Of a DNA stretch of 45,100 bases, positions 16,383 through 24,614 are shown piece by piece. Under the pieces are notes generated by a model. It saw nothing but the letters and a program-made list of their open reading frames with translations. It made no database searches and had not been told where the DNA came from. Position 1 is the first letter of the stretch. Each line of letters begins with the position of its first letter. The DNA is taken from positions 1 through 45,100 of the forward strand of contig JANLPS010000057.1 in NCBI GenBank assembly GCA_031367385.1. The letters run 5' to 3'. Made by a program: the position numbers and the translations under genes. Source of the DNA: Archangium sp. (GTDB lineage Bacteria > Myxococcota > Myxococcia > Myxococcales > Myxococcaceae).

Positions 16383-19121
16383 ATGGCCAAAGTCGACGGG
16401 CAGAACAGCGCTTCAGCAGCTTCGGAGTTTCGGGCCCCGGCGACGCTGGAGCTCTCGGCTGATGCCAAGGCCGCCGTCGAGAGTGGCGCCTACGAGCAAC
16501 GAAAGATCGAGTCAGGGCAGAGCCTGTGGCTCGCGTGGAAGGCGGCTCCTGGCAAGACCAGCTGGGAAGAATTTCAGAAGATCAATTCGCACATCGTCGA
16601 CCACCCGCTGACCAACAGCGGCTCCGATATTCGGCCGGGGTACCCGTACCTGGTGAAGAAAGAGGCCGCTGCGGCTGCCGAAGCGAAGCCGGGGTGGAAC
16701 GCGAAGGGCGCCAAGGCTGCGCCCGCTGATGTGAAAAGTGAGGCCCCCACTGCCGCCGCGAAATCGCCGGCGCTCGAAGCCGCTGAGGCCAAGCTCAAAG
16801 AGAATGGCTACGAGCCAACGCCCGCGAGCTTGAAGCCCGACGCGCTGGCCGCCGAGCTGACCAAGCGCACGCTGAACCGCACCTCGATGGACTACGACTT
16901 CATGAACGCGGCGCTCGGGTACGCCCACGCGTCGGGCACCGTCGAAGCGCTAAACACCGCGGTGGCCGGGCAACTGGCTGGGCGGCCGGCGACCGACGAG
17001 GCGGCGACGACTGCCAAGACCGCGGCCCAGAAGGTGGGTGGCAAAGACGGCTCGTTGCGGGCGCTGATTGGCATGCAGACCAGTGACGCCGCGAAGAAGG
17101 CCTCAGAAGACGTGCTGACCACGGGAGTTGATCAGCACCGCTCGTCGACGTCTGAAAAGGTGGGCGAGCAATTCATTCGCCTCGGCAAATCGATCGGTGA
17201 ATCATTTCGCGACCACCCGGTGAAGGCCACCGCGAGCCTGGTCGGTGGTGTCGCGGCGGTCGCAGCGCTGCCCTTCTTGGCTGCCGGCGCCGCCGCGGGG
17301 GCCATGCTCCTCGCGGGAGGCACGCTGGCCGCAGCGGCGGCCTCTGGGGCCGCGTTCGGCGCCGTGGCGACAGGTGTCGTCGGAGTCGCTGCCACCGCCT
17401 ACGGCGTACACAAGGGCGTCACGGCCGCCGAGAAGTTCATCGATGCCAACGGCAAAACCGGAGCCGCTCGAGACGAGGCGCTCCAGGGCGTCGCGGGCGA
17501 TCTCATCGGCAGCGCCGCCGGTCTGGTCACGGCCTTCAAGCTGCGGCCGAGAATCGTGGGCCCCGGGGCACCCCCGCCGCCGCCCGGTGCTCCGCTGCTG
17601 GGTGGGCCGCCTTCGTTGCCGCGGCTGGGCCTCTCGCCCGGTGGCGCCGGCGCCTCCCCATCGGGTACGCCAGCGCTGCCTCCCCCCGACGTGAGCGTGC
17701 CGTCGTTCGTCATGCCCGCCAAGGTTCCCGTCGCGGTGGGCAAGGTCGCGCAAGCGCCAGCTTCGAAAGTGGCACGCCCCGCGACCGAGCCGACTGACAG
17801 CGCCCCGGCCGCGACCTCGAAACCGGCGACTGCGCCACCCAAGGCTGGCCCGGCCTCCGTCTCTGGAGCCCCCAAAACGGTCGGCGACCCGAACGCGCCC
17901 GGAGTGGCGGGAGATCGCCTGGCGGAGCTGGTCGAGAAGACCGTGCCGGGGGCCAAGGTCACCGGCGGCCGAGACGCAGACTTCGTGCGCTTCGAACTGA
18001 ACGGCCAAGAGTACTCGCTGGTGCAGCGGGGCGCTCAGTCGCAGGTGTACGGCACGGTCGACGGCAAGATGGCCGTCGTCGAGAACCTCACCGCTGCGCT
18101 GAGGCCAGGCACCGAGGCGCTCTCGAACGAGCGGGCCTTGGCGAAATGGGCCCAGATGATGCCGGGCGCCAAGGTGGTGGGCAGCGAGCAGGGCAAGGTG
18201 ACGTTCGAGCTCAATGGCCAGCAGTACCGCGCGTCGATGGGGCCCGAGCGAACGCCTCAGTTCGAGGTCGCTCGTGGAAATGCCTTTCAACCAACGAAAG
18301 CGCTCGATGCGACGCAAGCCGCTGCGCGTCGAGAGAACCTGGTGCTCGACGCTGCAGCCCAACCTGGGCACGTGTTCTCGTACGAATCATTGGGCTACGA
18401 GAACGTCGCGCGGCAGGCAGGCGTGCAGTCATTCACGCACCCCAACGGCTCGACCATCAAGTTCCCGAGGTGGGGGGGCAGCGACCAACAAACCTGGGCT
18501 CCAGGCGAGAAAGAGAAGCTGACCAGCGCGCTCCGCGACGGCCGCAGTTACACGCACCCTGACGTGGCGCAGGCTGCGGCTTCGGGGCGCGAGGCCGGTA
18601 TTCGGTTCTTGCGCGAGAATCTTGGCCAATCAACGAGCACGCACGACGAGACGTTCTCGGCCCTCGGGTATGAACGGGTGCGTCAGGCGGGCGTGGCGGC
18701 GTTCACCAACCCGCAGAGCGGAGCCACCATCTCGGTGCCAGCGCCAGGCAGCGCGATGTTGAGGTGGCCCGCGGGTGAGCAAGACAAGCTGGTCAAGGCC
18801 CTGCGTGACGGCGGCTCGTATACTCACCCCGACGTCGCTCGCGCGGCCGCGGCGGGGCGGGAGGCGGCCATTGGCGACCTGGCCAAGAACCTGGGCTCCT
18901 CCCATGGGTACAACGCCGAGACATTCGAAGCCCTCGGGTACCAGCGTGCCATTGGTGCGCGGGGCAACGTCACGTTCACCAATTCGAGCAACGGCTCGAC
19001 GGTCACGCTGCCACCCCAGCAGGGGCGAGTGCTCGATTGGGCCGCCGGAGAGCAAGACCAGCTGATGAAGGCGTTGCGCGAGGGCGGTCAGTACACGCAC
19101 CCGGCTGCGCGCTCGTCATGA
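16383..19121 (+). CDS. Large modular protein: degenerate LysM, Gly/Ala hydrophobic hairpin, Pro-rich linker, two repeat types
   Basis: GAGGG SD before ATG 16383. KIESGQSLW...N...IRPG resembles LysM. There is a ~60-aa Gly/Ala hydrophobic stretch, two PGAKV..FELNGQxY repeats and three ~90-aa C-terminal repeats. Confidence 0.85.
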   Translation: MAKVDGQNSASAASEFRAPATLELSADAKAAVESGAYEQRKIESGQSLWLAWKAAPGKTSWEEFQKINSHIVDHPLTNSGSDIRPGYPYLVKKEAAAAAEAKPGWNAKGAKAAPADVKSEAPTAAAKSPALEAAEAKLKENGYEPTPASLKPDALAAELTKRTLNRTSMDYDFMNAALGYAHASGTVEALNTAVAGQLAGRPATDEAATTAKTAAQKVGGKDGSLRALIGMQTSDAAKKASEDVLTTGVDQHRSSTSEKVGEQFIRLGKSIGESFRDHPVKATASLVGGVAAVAALPFLAAGAAAGAMLLAGGTLAAAAASGAAFGAVATGVVGVAATAYGVHKGVTAAEKFIDANGKTGAARDEALQGVAGDLIGSAAGLVTAFKLRPRIVGPGAPPPPPGAPLLGGPPSLPRLGLSPGGAGASPSGTPALPPPDVSVPSFVMPAKVPVAVGKVAQAPASKVARPATEPTDSAPAATSKPATAPPKAGPASVSGAPKTVGDPNAPGVAGDRLAELVEKTVPGAKVTGGRDADFVRFELNGQEYSLVQRGAQSQVYGTVDGKMAVVENLTAALRPGTEALSNERALAKWAQMMPGAKVVGSEQGKVTFELNGQQYRASMGPERTPQFEVARGNAFQPTKALDATQAAARRENLVLDAAAQPGHVFSYESLGYENVARQAGVQSFTHPNGSTIKFPRWGGSDQQTWAPGEKEKLTSALRDGRSYTHPDVAQAAASGREAGIRFLRENLGQSTSTHDETFSALGYERVRQAGVAAFTNPQSGATISVPAPGSAMLRWPAGEQDKLVKALRDGGSYTHPDVARAAAAGREAAIGDLAKNLGSSHGYNAETFEALGYQRAIGARGNVTFTNSSNGSTVTLPPQQGRVLDWAAGEQDQLMKALREGGQYTHPAARSS
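17943..18235 (+). repeat. Two-copy internal protein repeat (PGAKVxG...VxFELNGQxY), ~72 aa period
   Basis: VPGAKVTGGRDADFVRFELNGQEYSL aligns with MPGAKVVGSEQGKVTFELNGQQYRAS. Confidence 0.75.
18370..19118 (+). repeat. Three-copy ~270-bp (~90 aa) coding repeat
   Basis: LGY...FT...G.T...P...W..GE...L..ALR(D/E)G..YTHP occurs three times. The DNA word CCCTCGGGTA recurs at 18661 and 18931, exactly 270 bp apart. Confidence 0.9.
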
Positions 19122-19134
19122 CGCGCGTCACGCT

Positions 19135-20277
19135 TCAGTAGACGCGCAGCAGCTTGGCGTCGAACTCGTAGTGGTAGGTGACTCCACCGAGGGCGGCGGC
19201 GATCTTGTCGGCGCCCAGGCCCATCACGCCGGGCACCGGCGCGTAACTCAGCGCGTCTTGCACCTGCTTCGGCAGCCGCACCCAGCCCTCGATTTGCCAG
19301 ACGCTGCGCAGCTCAGGCCCATGAAACGCGTCGGGCGGCGGAGGCCCCGCCGATTCGATCGACTTGGGCCATTCTCCCATCACGAACGCGTCGAACTTCG
19401 CGTCGTGCGAGCGCTGCATCAGCCGAACGATTGGCACCGCGCCGTCTTTGAATTGCCGCAGCTCGAGCTGCAAGGCGAGAAACGGCTTGCCGCTGCTCAA
19501 ATCGTTCTGAGTCTCGGTGGCCTGCGCCAGCATTCGCAGCGCGCCCAGCTCAGAGGCGTTCGAGGCCTGCGCCAACTTCTCGGAGACTCGCGGCGTGGTG
19601 CCAGGCGGCCCCAGGTCGGGGTTGCCGCTCTTGCCGTACGACTTCGAGGCGTCGAGGTAGCGGTCTCCAATCGAGGCCAGCACGTCGACGCCCCGGGCTT
19701 CGATCTTCGCCTCGCGTGCCCGTTGATCGAGCCCCGATTTGCCCGCGCTTCGCAGCCCAGAAAAATACGGGTGCGGCAGGCCGCGCTCGGCCCGCGCCGA
19801 GGCCAGCTCGTCTTCGAGCATGCCTTTGACCCGACCGCCAACCCGCTTCTCGGCCTCGGCGCGAACCACGTCGGGTGAAAAGCGCGGGTCGTCGGGGCGC
19901 AGCGTCTCGCCGTGCGCCTCGACGGCGAAGTCTCCGCCCGTTGCCAGGGTGAGCGAGGGCACCAACGAGAGGGGCCTGGTGGGGGGCGCGGCCTCTGCCC
20001 GGGGCACATCGAGCACAGGGGTCTCGGCCTGGGGGCCGGCGGTGGTGGCGGGGGCGGTTGGCTTCGCTGCGAGGGGCCTCTTCGCTCCGGCGGGTGCGGG
20101 CTGGGTGGGCGGCAGTGGCGGCAGTGGCGCCACCGCGTCGACCCACTTCAGGGTCAGCTCGGCCGCCTTCTGAGGGTTCGAGGCCGGGGGCGCCGGGCGC
20201 GTCTGAAGCCACACGAAGAGCGCGGCGTGCACCAACACCGAGAGCAACAGCGCGTGGGTGAGCCGGGAGCGAAGCAT
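19135..20277 (-). CDS. TonB/TolA-like single-TM, Pro-rich periplasmic protein
   Basis: N-terminal TM with SVLVH (SxxxH as in TonB anchors), Pro/Ala-rich linker, and C-terminal RSHDAKFDAFV...PPPP reminiscent of TonB C-terminal-like domains. Confidence 0.6.
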   Translation of the reverse strand: MLRSRLTHALLLSVLVHAALFVWLQTRPAPPASNPQKAAELTLKWVDAVAPLPPLPPTQPAPAGAKRPLAAKPTAPATTAGPQAETPVLDVPRAEAAPPTRPLSLVPSLTLATGGDFAVEAHGETLRPDDPRFSPDVVRAEAEKRVGGRVKGMLEDELASARAERGLPHPYFSGLRSAGKSGLDQRAREAKIEARGVDVLASIGDRYLDASKSYGKSGNPDLGPPGTTPRVSEKLAQASNASELGALRMLAQATETQNDLSSGKPFLALQLELRQFKDGAVPIVRLMQRSHDAKFDAFVMGEWPKSIESAGPPPPDAFHGPELRSVWQIEGWVRLPKQVQDALSYAPVPGVMGLGADKIAAALGGVTYHYEFDAKLLRVY

Positions 20278-20326
20278 CAGGGGGCGAACAGAGGCTTACG
20301 CTGTTTTGGGTCCCCTGATTGCGGGG

Positions 20327-20797
20327 TCAGCGGGTGGCGAGGGTGGGGTCGGGCAGCGCGAGCCGTTCGAGCACGTCTTCGAGGTGCCGGTAGACCTGTA
20401 CTTCGTGGTGAATCACCTCGTCGATGAGCCCATTTTCGTCGATGACGAAGGTGGCGCGGCGGTCGATGCGCAGCACTGGCCAGACGACTCCGAACTTCTC
20501 TGAGATTTCGCGGGTGGTGTCGCCGATGAGTTTGAATTGCAGCCCCTCGGCCTCGGCGAAGCGGCAGTTGCGCTCGACCTTGTCGACTGAAACCCCAATC
20601 AATTCAGCGTTGAGCGAGCTGATGCGGTCGAAGTTGTCGCGAAAGTTTCGCACCTCGAGCGTGCAGGCCGGCGTGAACGCCCGGGGGAAGAAGAAGAGCA
20701 CCACCTTCTTCTTGCCGCGAAACGACGCCAGATGCACCCGCTCGCCCTTGCAGTCGAGGGTGTCGAAGTCGGGCGCGATGTCGCCTGGCTGCAGCAT
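20327..20797 (-). CDS. bcp: Peroxiredoxin, BCP/PrxQ family
   Basis: GDIAPDF, FFPRAFTPACTLE (PxxxTxxC), GVSVD, RATFVIDENG. Confidence 0.9.
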   Translation of the reverse strand: MLQPGDIAPDFDTLDCKGERVHLASFRGKKKVVLFFFPRAFTPACTLEVRNFRDNFDRISSLNAELIGVSVDKVERNCRFAEAEGLQFKLIGDTTREISEKFGVVWPVLRIDRRATFVIDENGLIDEVIHHEVQVYRHLEDVLERLALPDPTLATR

Positions 20798-20851
20798 GAG
20801 CGAAGGGTCTTCGCACACCGGCTCGGGCCAGGCGAAGCGCTGATTTGTAAA

Positions 20852-23029
20852 TTAACCCTTCGGGGAGGCGAGGCTCTCCATCGAGTCGGCCACAAGCTCA
20901 GCGATGTCGCGCACTTTCATCGTCTCGTGTCGGTCGGTGTCGGCGACTCCGTCTTTGATCATCGTGTGGCAGAAGGGGCACGCCACCGCGACCGTACCTT
21001 CGGCCTTGCCGGTGTAATCGCCCACCCGCCCCGGCATGTGCATGTCAGTCGCGGAGGGGAAGGGGATGGTCTTGTCTTTCGCGTGGGCGAGGGTGAGCGC
21101 CGCCTCGTTGACCCGGTTGTGGTTGATGCGGGTGCCGATGTGCTCCTCCATCCACATTCGCGAGCCGCCGGCGCCGCAGCAGAACGACTCGCGTTGGCTG
21201 CGCTGCATCTCGATGACCTGCAGGCCGGGTATCGCCTTGAGCACTTCACGCGGCGCCTCGAAGACCCCGTTGTGGCGGCCGAGGTAACAGGGGTCGTGAA
21301 AGGTCAGCGTCTCGTTCATCACCTTCGAGAGCTTGATGCGCTTGGTCTTGATCAGCTCGTTGATCAATTCGGTGTGCGAGATGACGCGGTAGTTGCCGCC
21401 GAACTCGGGGTACTCGTTCTTGATGGTGTTGAAGCAGTGGGGGCACTGCGTGATGATCGCCTTGATGCCCTTGGCGTTGAACGACTCGACGTTGTTCTTG
21501 GCGAGCGTCTGGTAGAGGTACTCGTTGCCTCCGCGGCGGGCTGAATCGCCAGTACAGGTCTCTTCTTTGCCCAGCGTGGCGAAGCCGACCTTGGCCTCGG
21601 TGAGAATCTTGGCCAGCGCGCGGCTGACCTTCTTCATGCGATCGTCGTAGGAGCCGGCGCACCCGACGTAGAAGAGGTACTCGTAGGTGCCCCCGTCGCC
21701 CCACTTGGGCAGGGGCATGTCGCCTTCCCATTCGTCGCGCTTGTCTTGGCCGATGCCCCAGGGGTTGCCCTGGCGCTCCATGCCTTCGAAGACGCGCTGC
21801 AGCTCAGGAGGAAAATCGGCCTCGACCTGCACCTTGTAGCGGCGCATGTCGATGAGCCTCGGCACGTTCTCGATGAACACCGGGCAGGCCTGCTCGCACC
21901 AACCGCACGTGGTGCAGGCCCAGACCGTCTCGGCCGAGAGCACGCCGCCGACGAGCGGAGTCACCTCGACCTCGAGCCCGTCTTCGCCAGTGCCGACCAT
22001 GCGGCCATCTTCGGTCTTGTGCGACGAGGCGAGCAGCTTCTCGTTGTCCCACAAGAAGTGTTTGATCGACTGGTTGACGCCCTTGTGGGTCAGCGGCTTG
22101 CCGGTGATGTAGGTGGGGCAGTGGGTCTGGCAGCGGCCGCACTCGGTGCAGGTGTTGACGTCGAGCCCCTGCTTCCACGTCAGGTCGGTGAAGACCTTGG
22201 CGCCGAACTCTTCTTTTTCGAGGTTGGGGGTGGGCAGCTTGGCGCTGGTCGAGATCTTCGGGCGGTCGACCGGAGCCAGCCGCTTCATGAACACGTTGAG
22301 CAGGCCGACGACGACGTGAAAGTGTTTCCCGAAGGGCAGAAAGTTCAAGAAGGTGACGATGATGGTGAGGTGTACCCAAAAGCAGATCGCACCCAGCCAA
22401 TGGAGCGCATCGACCGGCAGGGGCGACAGAATCTTGCCGACCAGGCTGGTGACGGGCTCGAACCAGGCAAGCTCGATGCCCTGCTCGCGAAAGTGTGAGG
22501 CGCCGAAGATGAACTCCGAGATCATCAGGCCGCCGATGAACCCCAGAATCAGCAGGGCCTCATTCGACTTGGTCATGCGGTCAGGCTTCACCACCAGGCG
22601 CAGGTAGGCGAAGTAGGTCACGCCGAGCACGGCCCCAGCGGCGACCAGGTCTTTACTCAGCAGGTACAGCTCGTAGATGAGCTTGAAGGCGGCTTTATCG
22701 TCCCAAAAGGGGTGGTTCAGGTTGGTCAGTACCGTCAGCGCGCTGTCTGAATACCCCATCACGAACAGCATCACCGTGCGCACCGCCAACACCATGAACG
22801 CGGCGAAGATCATCACGTGCATGATGCCGGGCACGAACTCTTCGGGGTCGACCATGCGGCGCTGCCCGAAGCCGAACTTGAGCAACACCATCGAGCGCTC
22901 GCCGAGGCGGTCGAGCCGGTTGCCGGGCTCGCCTTTCAGCGCCGCCATCGCGCGAATTCTCCAGCTCATGGTGACCAGAAACGCGGTCAGACCCAACAGC
23001 AGCAACGCAGACGTAGTAAGCGGGCTCAT
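20852..23029 (-). CDS. Membrane-bound Fe-S oxidoreductase (FadF/HdrD-like; TM domain, 2x[4Fe-4S], CCG domains)
   Basis: Multi-TM N-terminus; CTECGRCQTHCP and CTTCGWCEQACP; VGC, CPHC, HDPCYLGRHN, CCGAGG and ACPFC. Confidence 0.92.
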   Translation of the reverse strand: MSPLTTSALLLLGLTAFLVTMSWRIRAMAALKGEPGNRLDRLGERSMVLLKFGFGQRRMVDPEEFVPGIMHVMIFAAFMVLAVRTVMLFVMGYSDSALTVLTNLNHPFWDDKAAFKLIYELYLLSKDLVAAGAVLGVTYFAYLRLVVKPDRMTKSNEALLILGFIGGLMISEFIFGASHFREQGIELAWFEPVTSLVGKILSPLPVDALHWLGAICFWVHLTIIVTFLNFLPFGKHFHVVVGLLNVFMKRLAPVDRPKISTSAKLPTPNLEKEEFGAKVFTDLTWKQGLDVNTCTECGRCQTHCPTYITGKPLTHKGVNQSIKHFLWDNEKLLASSHKTEDGRMVGTGEDGLEVEVTPLVGGVLSAETVWACTTCGWCEQACPVFIENVPRLIDMRRYKVQVEADFPPELQRVFEGMERQGNPWGIGQDKRDEWEGDMPLPKWGDGGTYEYLFYVGCAGSYDDRMKKVSRALAKILTEAKVGFATLGKEETCTGDSARRGGNEYLYQTLAKNNVESFNAKGIKAIITQCPHCFNTIKNEYPEFGGNYRVISHTELINELIKTKRIKLSKVMNETLTFHDPCYLGRHNGVFEAPREVLKAIPGLQVIEMQRSQRESFCCGAGGSRMWMEEHIGTRINHNRVNEAALTLAHAKDKTIPFPSATDMHMPGRVGDYTGKAEGTVAVACPFCHTMIKDGVADTDRHETMKVRDIAELVADSMESLASPKG

Positions 23030-23178
23030 GCGAGTGGTGGCGTAGCAGAGAAAACCGGTGCCCTCTGCTTTTAGAGTGGGTGTGCGCCGGCATCGTACAG
23101 CCCGCAAGACCGACCGCACGAGCGAAGCGCACGCGCCGGGAGCCACCCGTCACACACGCCCAGGGTGACACGAGGCTC

Positions 23179-23196
23179 CTGACACCACGCTGTCAG
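23179..23196. promoter_or_regulatory. Perfect palindrome, candidate operator of the YafY/WYL regulator
   Basis: CTGACA-ccacgc-TGTCAG lies 27 bp upstream of the WYL ATG, in the divergent intergenic region. Confidence 0.6.
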
Positions 23197-23223
23197 CAGA
23201 GGTCGGCTACAAGAGGTCGACTC

Positions 23224-23907
23224 ATGCGACGCGCTGACCGCTTATTTCGACTCGTTCAATTGCTGCGACGCAGCCGGTTGGTCACGGCCCAACGCCTGGC
23301 CGAAGAGCTCGAGGTGTCAGAGCGCACGGTGTACCGAGATGTCCGTGACCTGTCGTTGTCGGGCGTGCCGGTGCGGGGTGAGGCGGGCGTCGGGTACGCA
23401 CTGGCGCACGGCTTCGACCTGCCGCCGCTGATGTTCGACCAAGACGAGATTGAGGCGCTGATGTTGGGCGCGCGGGTGGTGCAGAGCTATGCCGACCCGG
23501 CGCTGGCGCGGGCGGCTGACTCGGTGCTGGCCAAGGTCGAGATGGTTCTGCCCGAGAAGCTCCGGGCGCGCATGGCGAGTCGGTCATTCTTGGCGCCGAA
23601 CTTCAACCCGGGCGGCGGCAGTGGGCTGGGCACCGTGCGCGAGGGCATTCGCTCGAAGCGCCGGCTCACCTTTGAGTACGTCGACAAGGGCGACAAGCCG
23701 AGCACCCGGGTGATGCGGCCGCTGGGGGTTGCGTTCTGGGGCAAGGTGTTCTCGGTCGCCGCCTGGTGCGAATTGCGCAACGATTTCAGGAGCTTTCGCC
23801 TCGACCGAATGAAGAACGTGCAGCTGGGTGCGGTGTTCGATGACGAGGCTGGCAAGAGCCTCGATGATTTCATCAAGCACGTGGTCAACGAGCCCCGCGC
23901 GCCCTGA
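23224..23907 (+). CDS. YafY-family transcriptional regulator (HTH_11 + WYL + WCX-like)
   Basis: MRRADRLFRLVQLL...LAEELEVSERTVYRD, GEAGVGY, LPPLMF and AWCELRNDFRSFRLDRM. Confidence 0.93.
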   Translation: MRRADRLFRLVQLLRRSRLVTAQRLAEELEVSERTVYRDVRDLSLSGVPVRGEAGVGYALAHGFDLPPLMFDQDEIEALMLGARVVQSYADPALARAADSVLAKVEMVLPEKLRARMASRSFLAPNFNPGGGSGLGTVREGIRSKRRLTFEYVDKGDKPSTRVMRPLGVAFWGKVFSVAAWCELRNDFRSFRLDRMKNVQLGAVFDDEAGKSLDDFIKHVVNEPRAP

Positions 23908-23981
23908 TTGGTTTCTCGCCGGCTGTGAAACGGGGCCCGCTTCGAGAGCAACTGGCCAGGCGATGCCTCCGATAACGGTAC

Positions 23982-24614
23982 ATGAAGCTCGCATTCAACT
24001 TTCCGACCCATTTTCGCGTGTCAGGCCAGTTTCGCGTTGATTCGAATGGCTTGCGCCCCGTGGAGATCAACCCGGCGGGCAACCGCGGCGTGCTCTTGAC
24101 CTTCAAAGATGCGTTCGGCACCAACGAAGGGGCGCCGGGCGAGGTCGACACCTTCAAGCTCACGGTGCCACGCGCAGCCGATGCGAAGAGCAACACGCTC
24201 AAGCCGACCCTCGAAGTGACCTACGACCGCCTGTCGTTGGCGAACGACAAGGCCGCGAGAGTTCGTGATGCCATCGAAGCGTCGAACCTCGGCTACACCG
24301 CAGAGGTCGACTGGAACAACGGCGCGCTGCGCATCACTCCAGCGTCAGCCCCGACGTGGGTCGAAGGGGAGGCCCAACGGGTGGCGGCCATGTTCAAGAC
24401 GAAGTTCGATTCAGCGAAGGCGAATGGCCAGCCCAACCTCACGTCGCGCACCGCGACCGAAGACATCGGCTTCGCGGCCAAGGCCAAAGACCTCGAGGCC
24501 TTGCGCTCAGCGCTCGTGCCAGCGCTGCTCAGCCGAGGCTTCGCGCTCGAAGAATTCGACCCGTTTCACGGCGATTACCCCTCGGTGGTGGTGAAGGCGT
24601 CGCTGAAGCCCTAG
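23982..24614 (+). CDS. Hypothetical protein (210 aa, no signal peptide)
   Basis: Clean ORF with GC3-biased codons. Its stop overlaps the convergent gene's stop (CTAG 24611-24614). Confidence 0.7.
   Translation: MKLAFNFPTHFRVSGQFRVDSNGLRPVEINPAGNRGVLLTFKDAFGTNEGAPGEVDTFKLTVPRAADAKSNTLKPTLEVTYDRLSLANDKAARVRDAIEASNLGYTAEVDWNNGALRITPASAPTWVEGEAQRVAAMFKTKFDSAKANGQPNLTSRTATEDIGFAAKAKDLEALRSALVPALLSRGFALEEFDPFHGDYPSVVVKASLKP

Noticed and set aside
23224..23907. WYL gene as marker of an anti-phage defence island (BrxR/CapW type)
   Set aside because: The sequence is of the short YafY type, and no RM, BREX, CBASS or Cas genes are adjacent.
23953..23966. Sigma54 promoter TGGCCAGGCGATGC upstream of 23982
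   Set aside because: The GG-to-GC spacing is 9 nt rather than the required 10.
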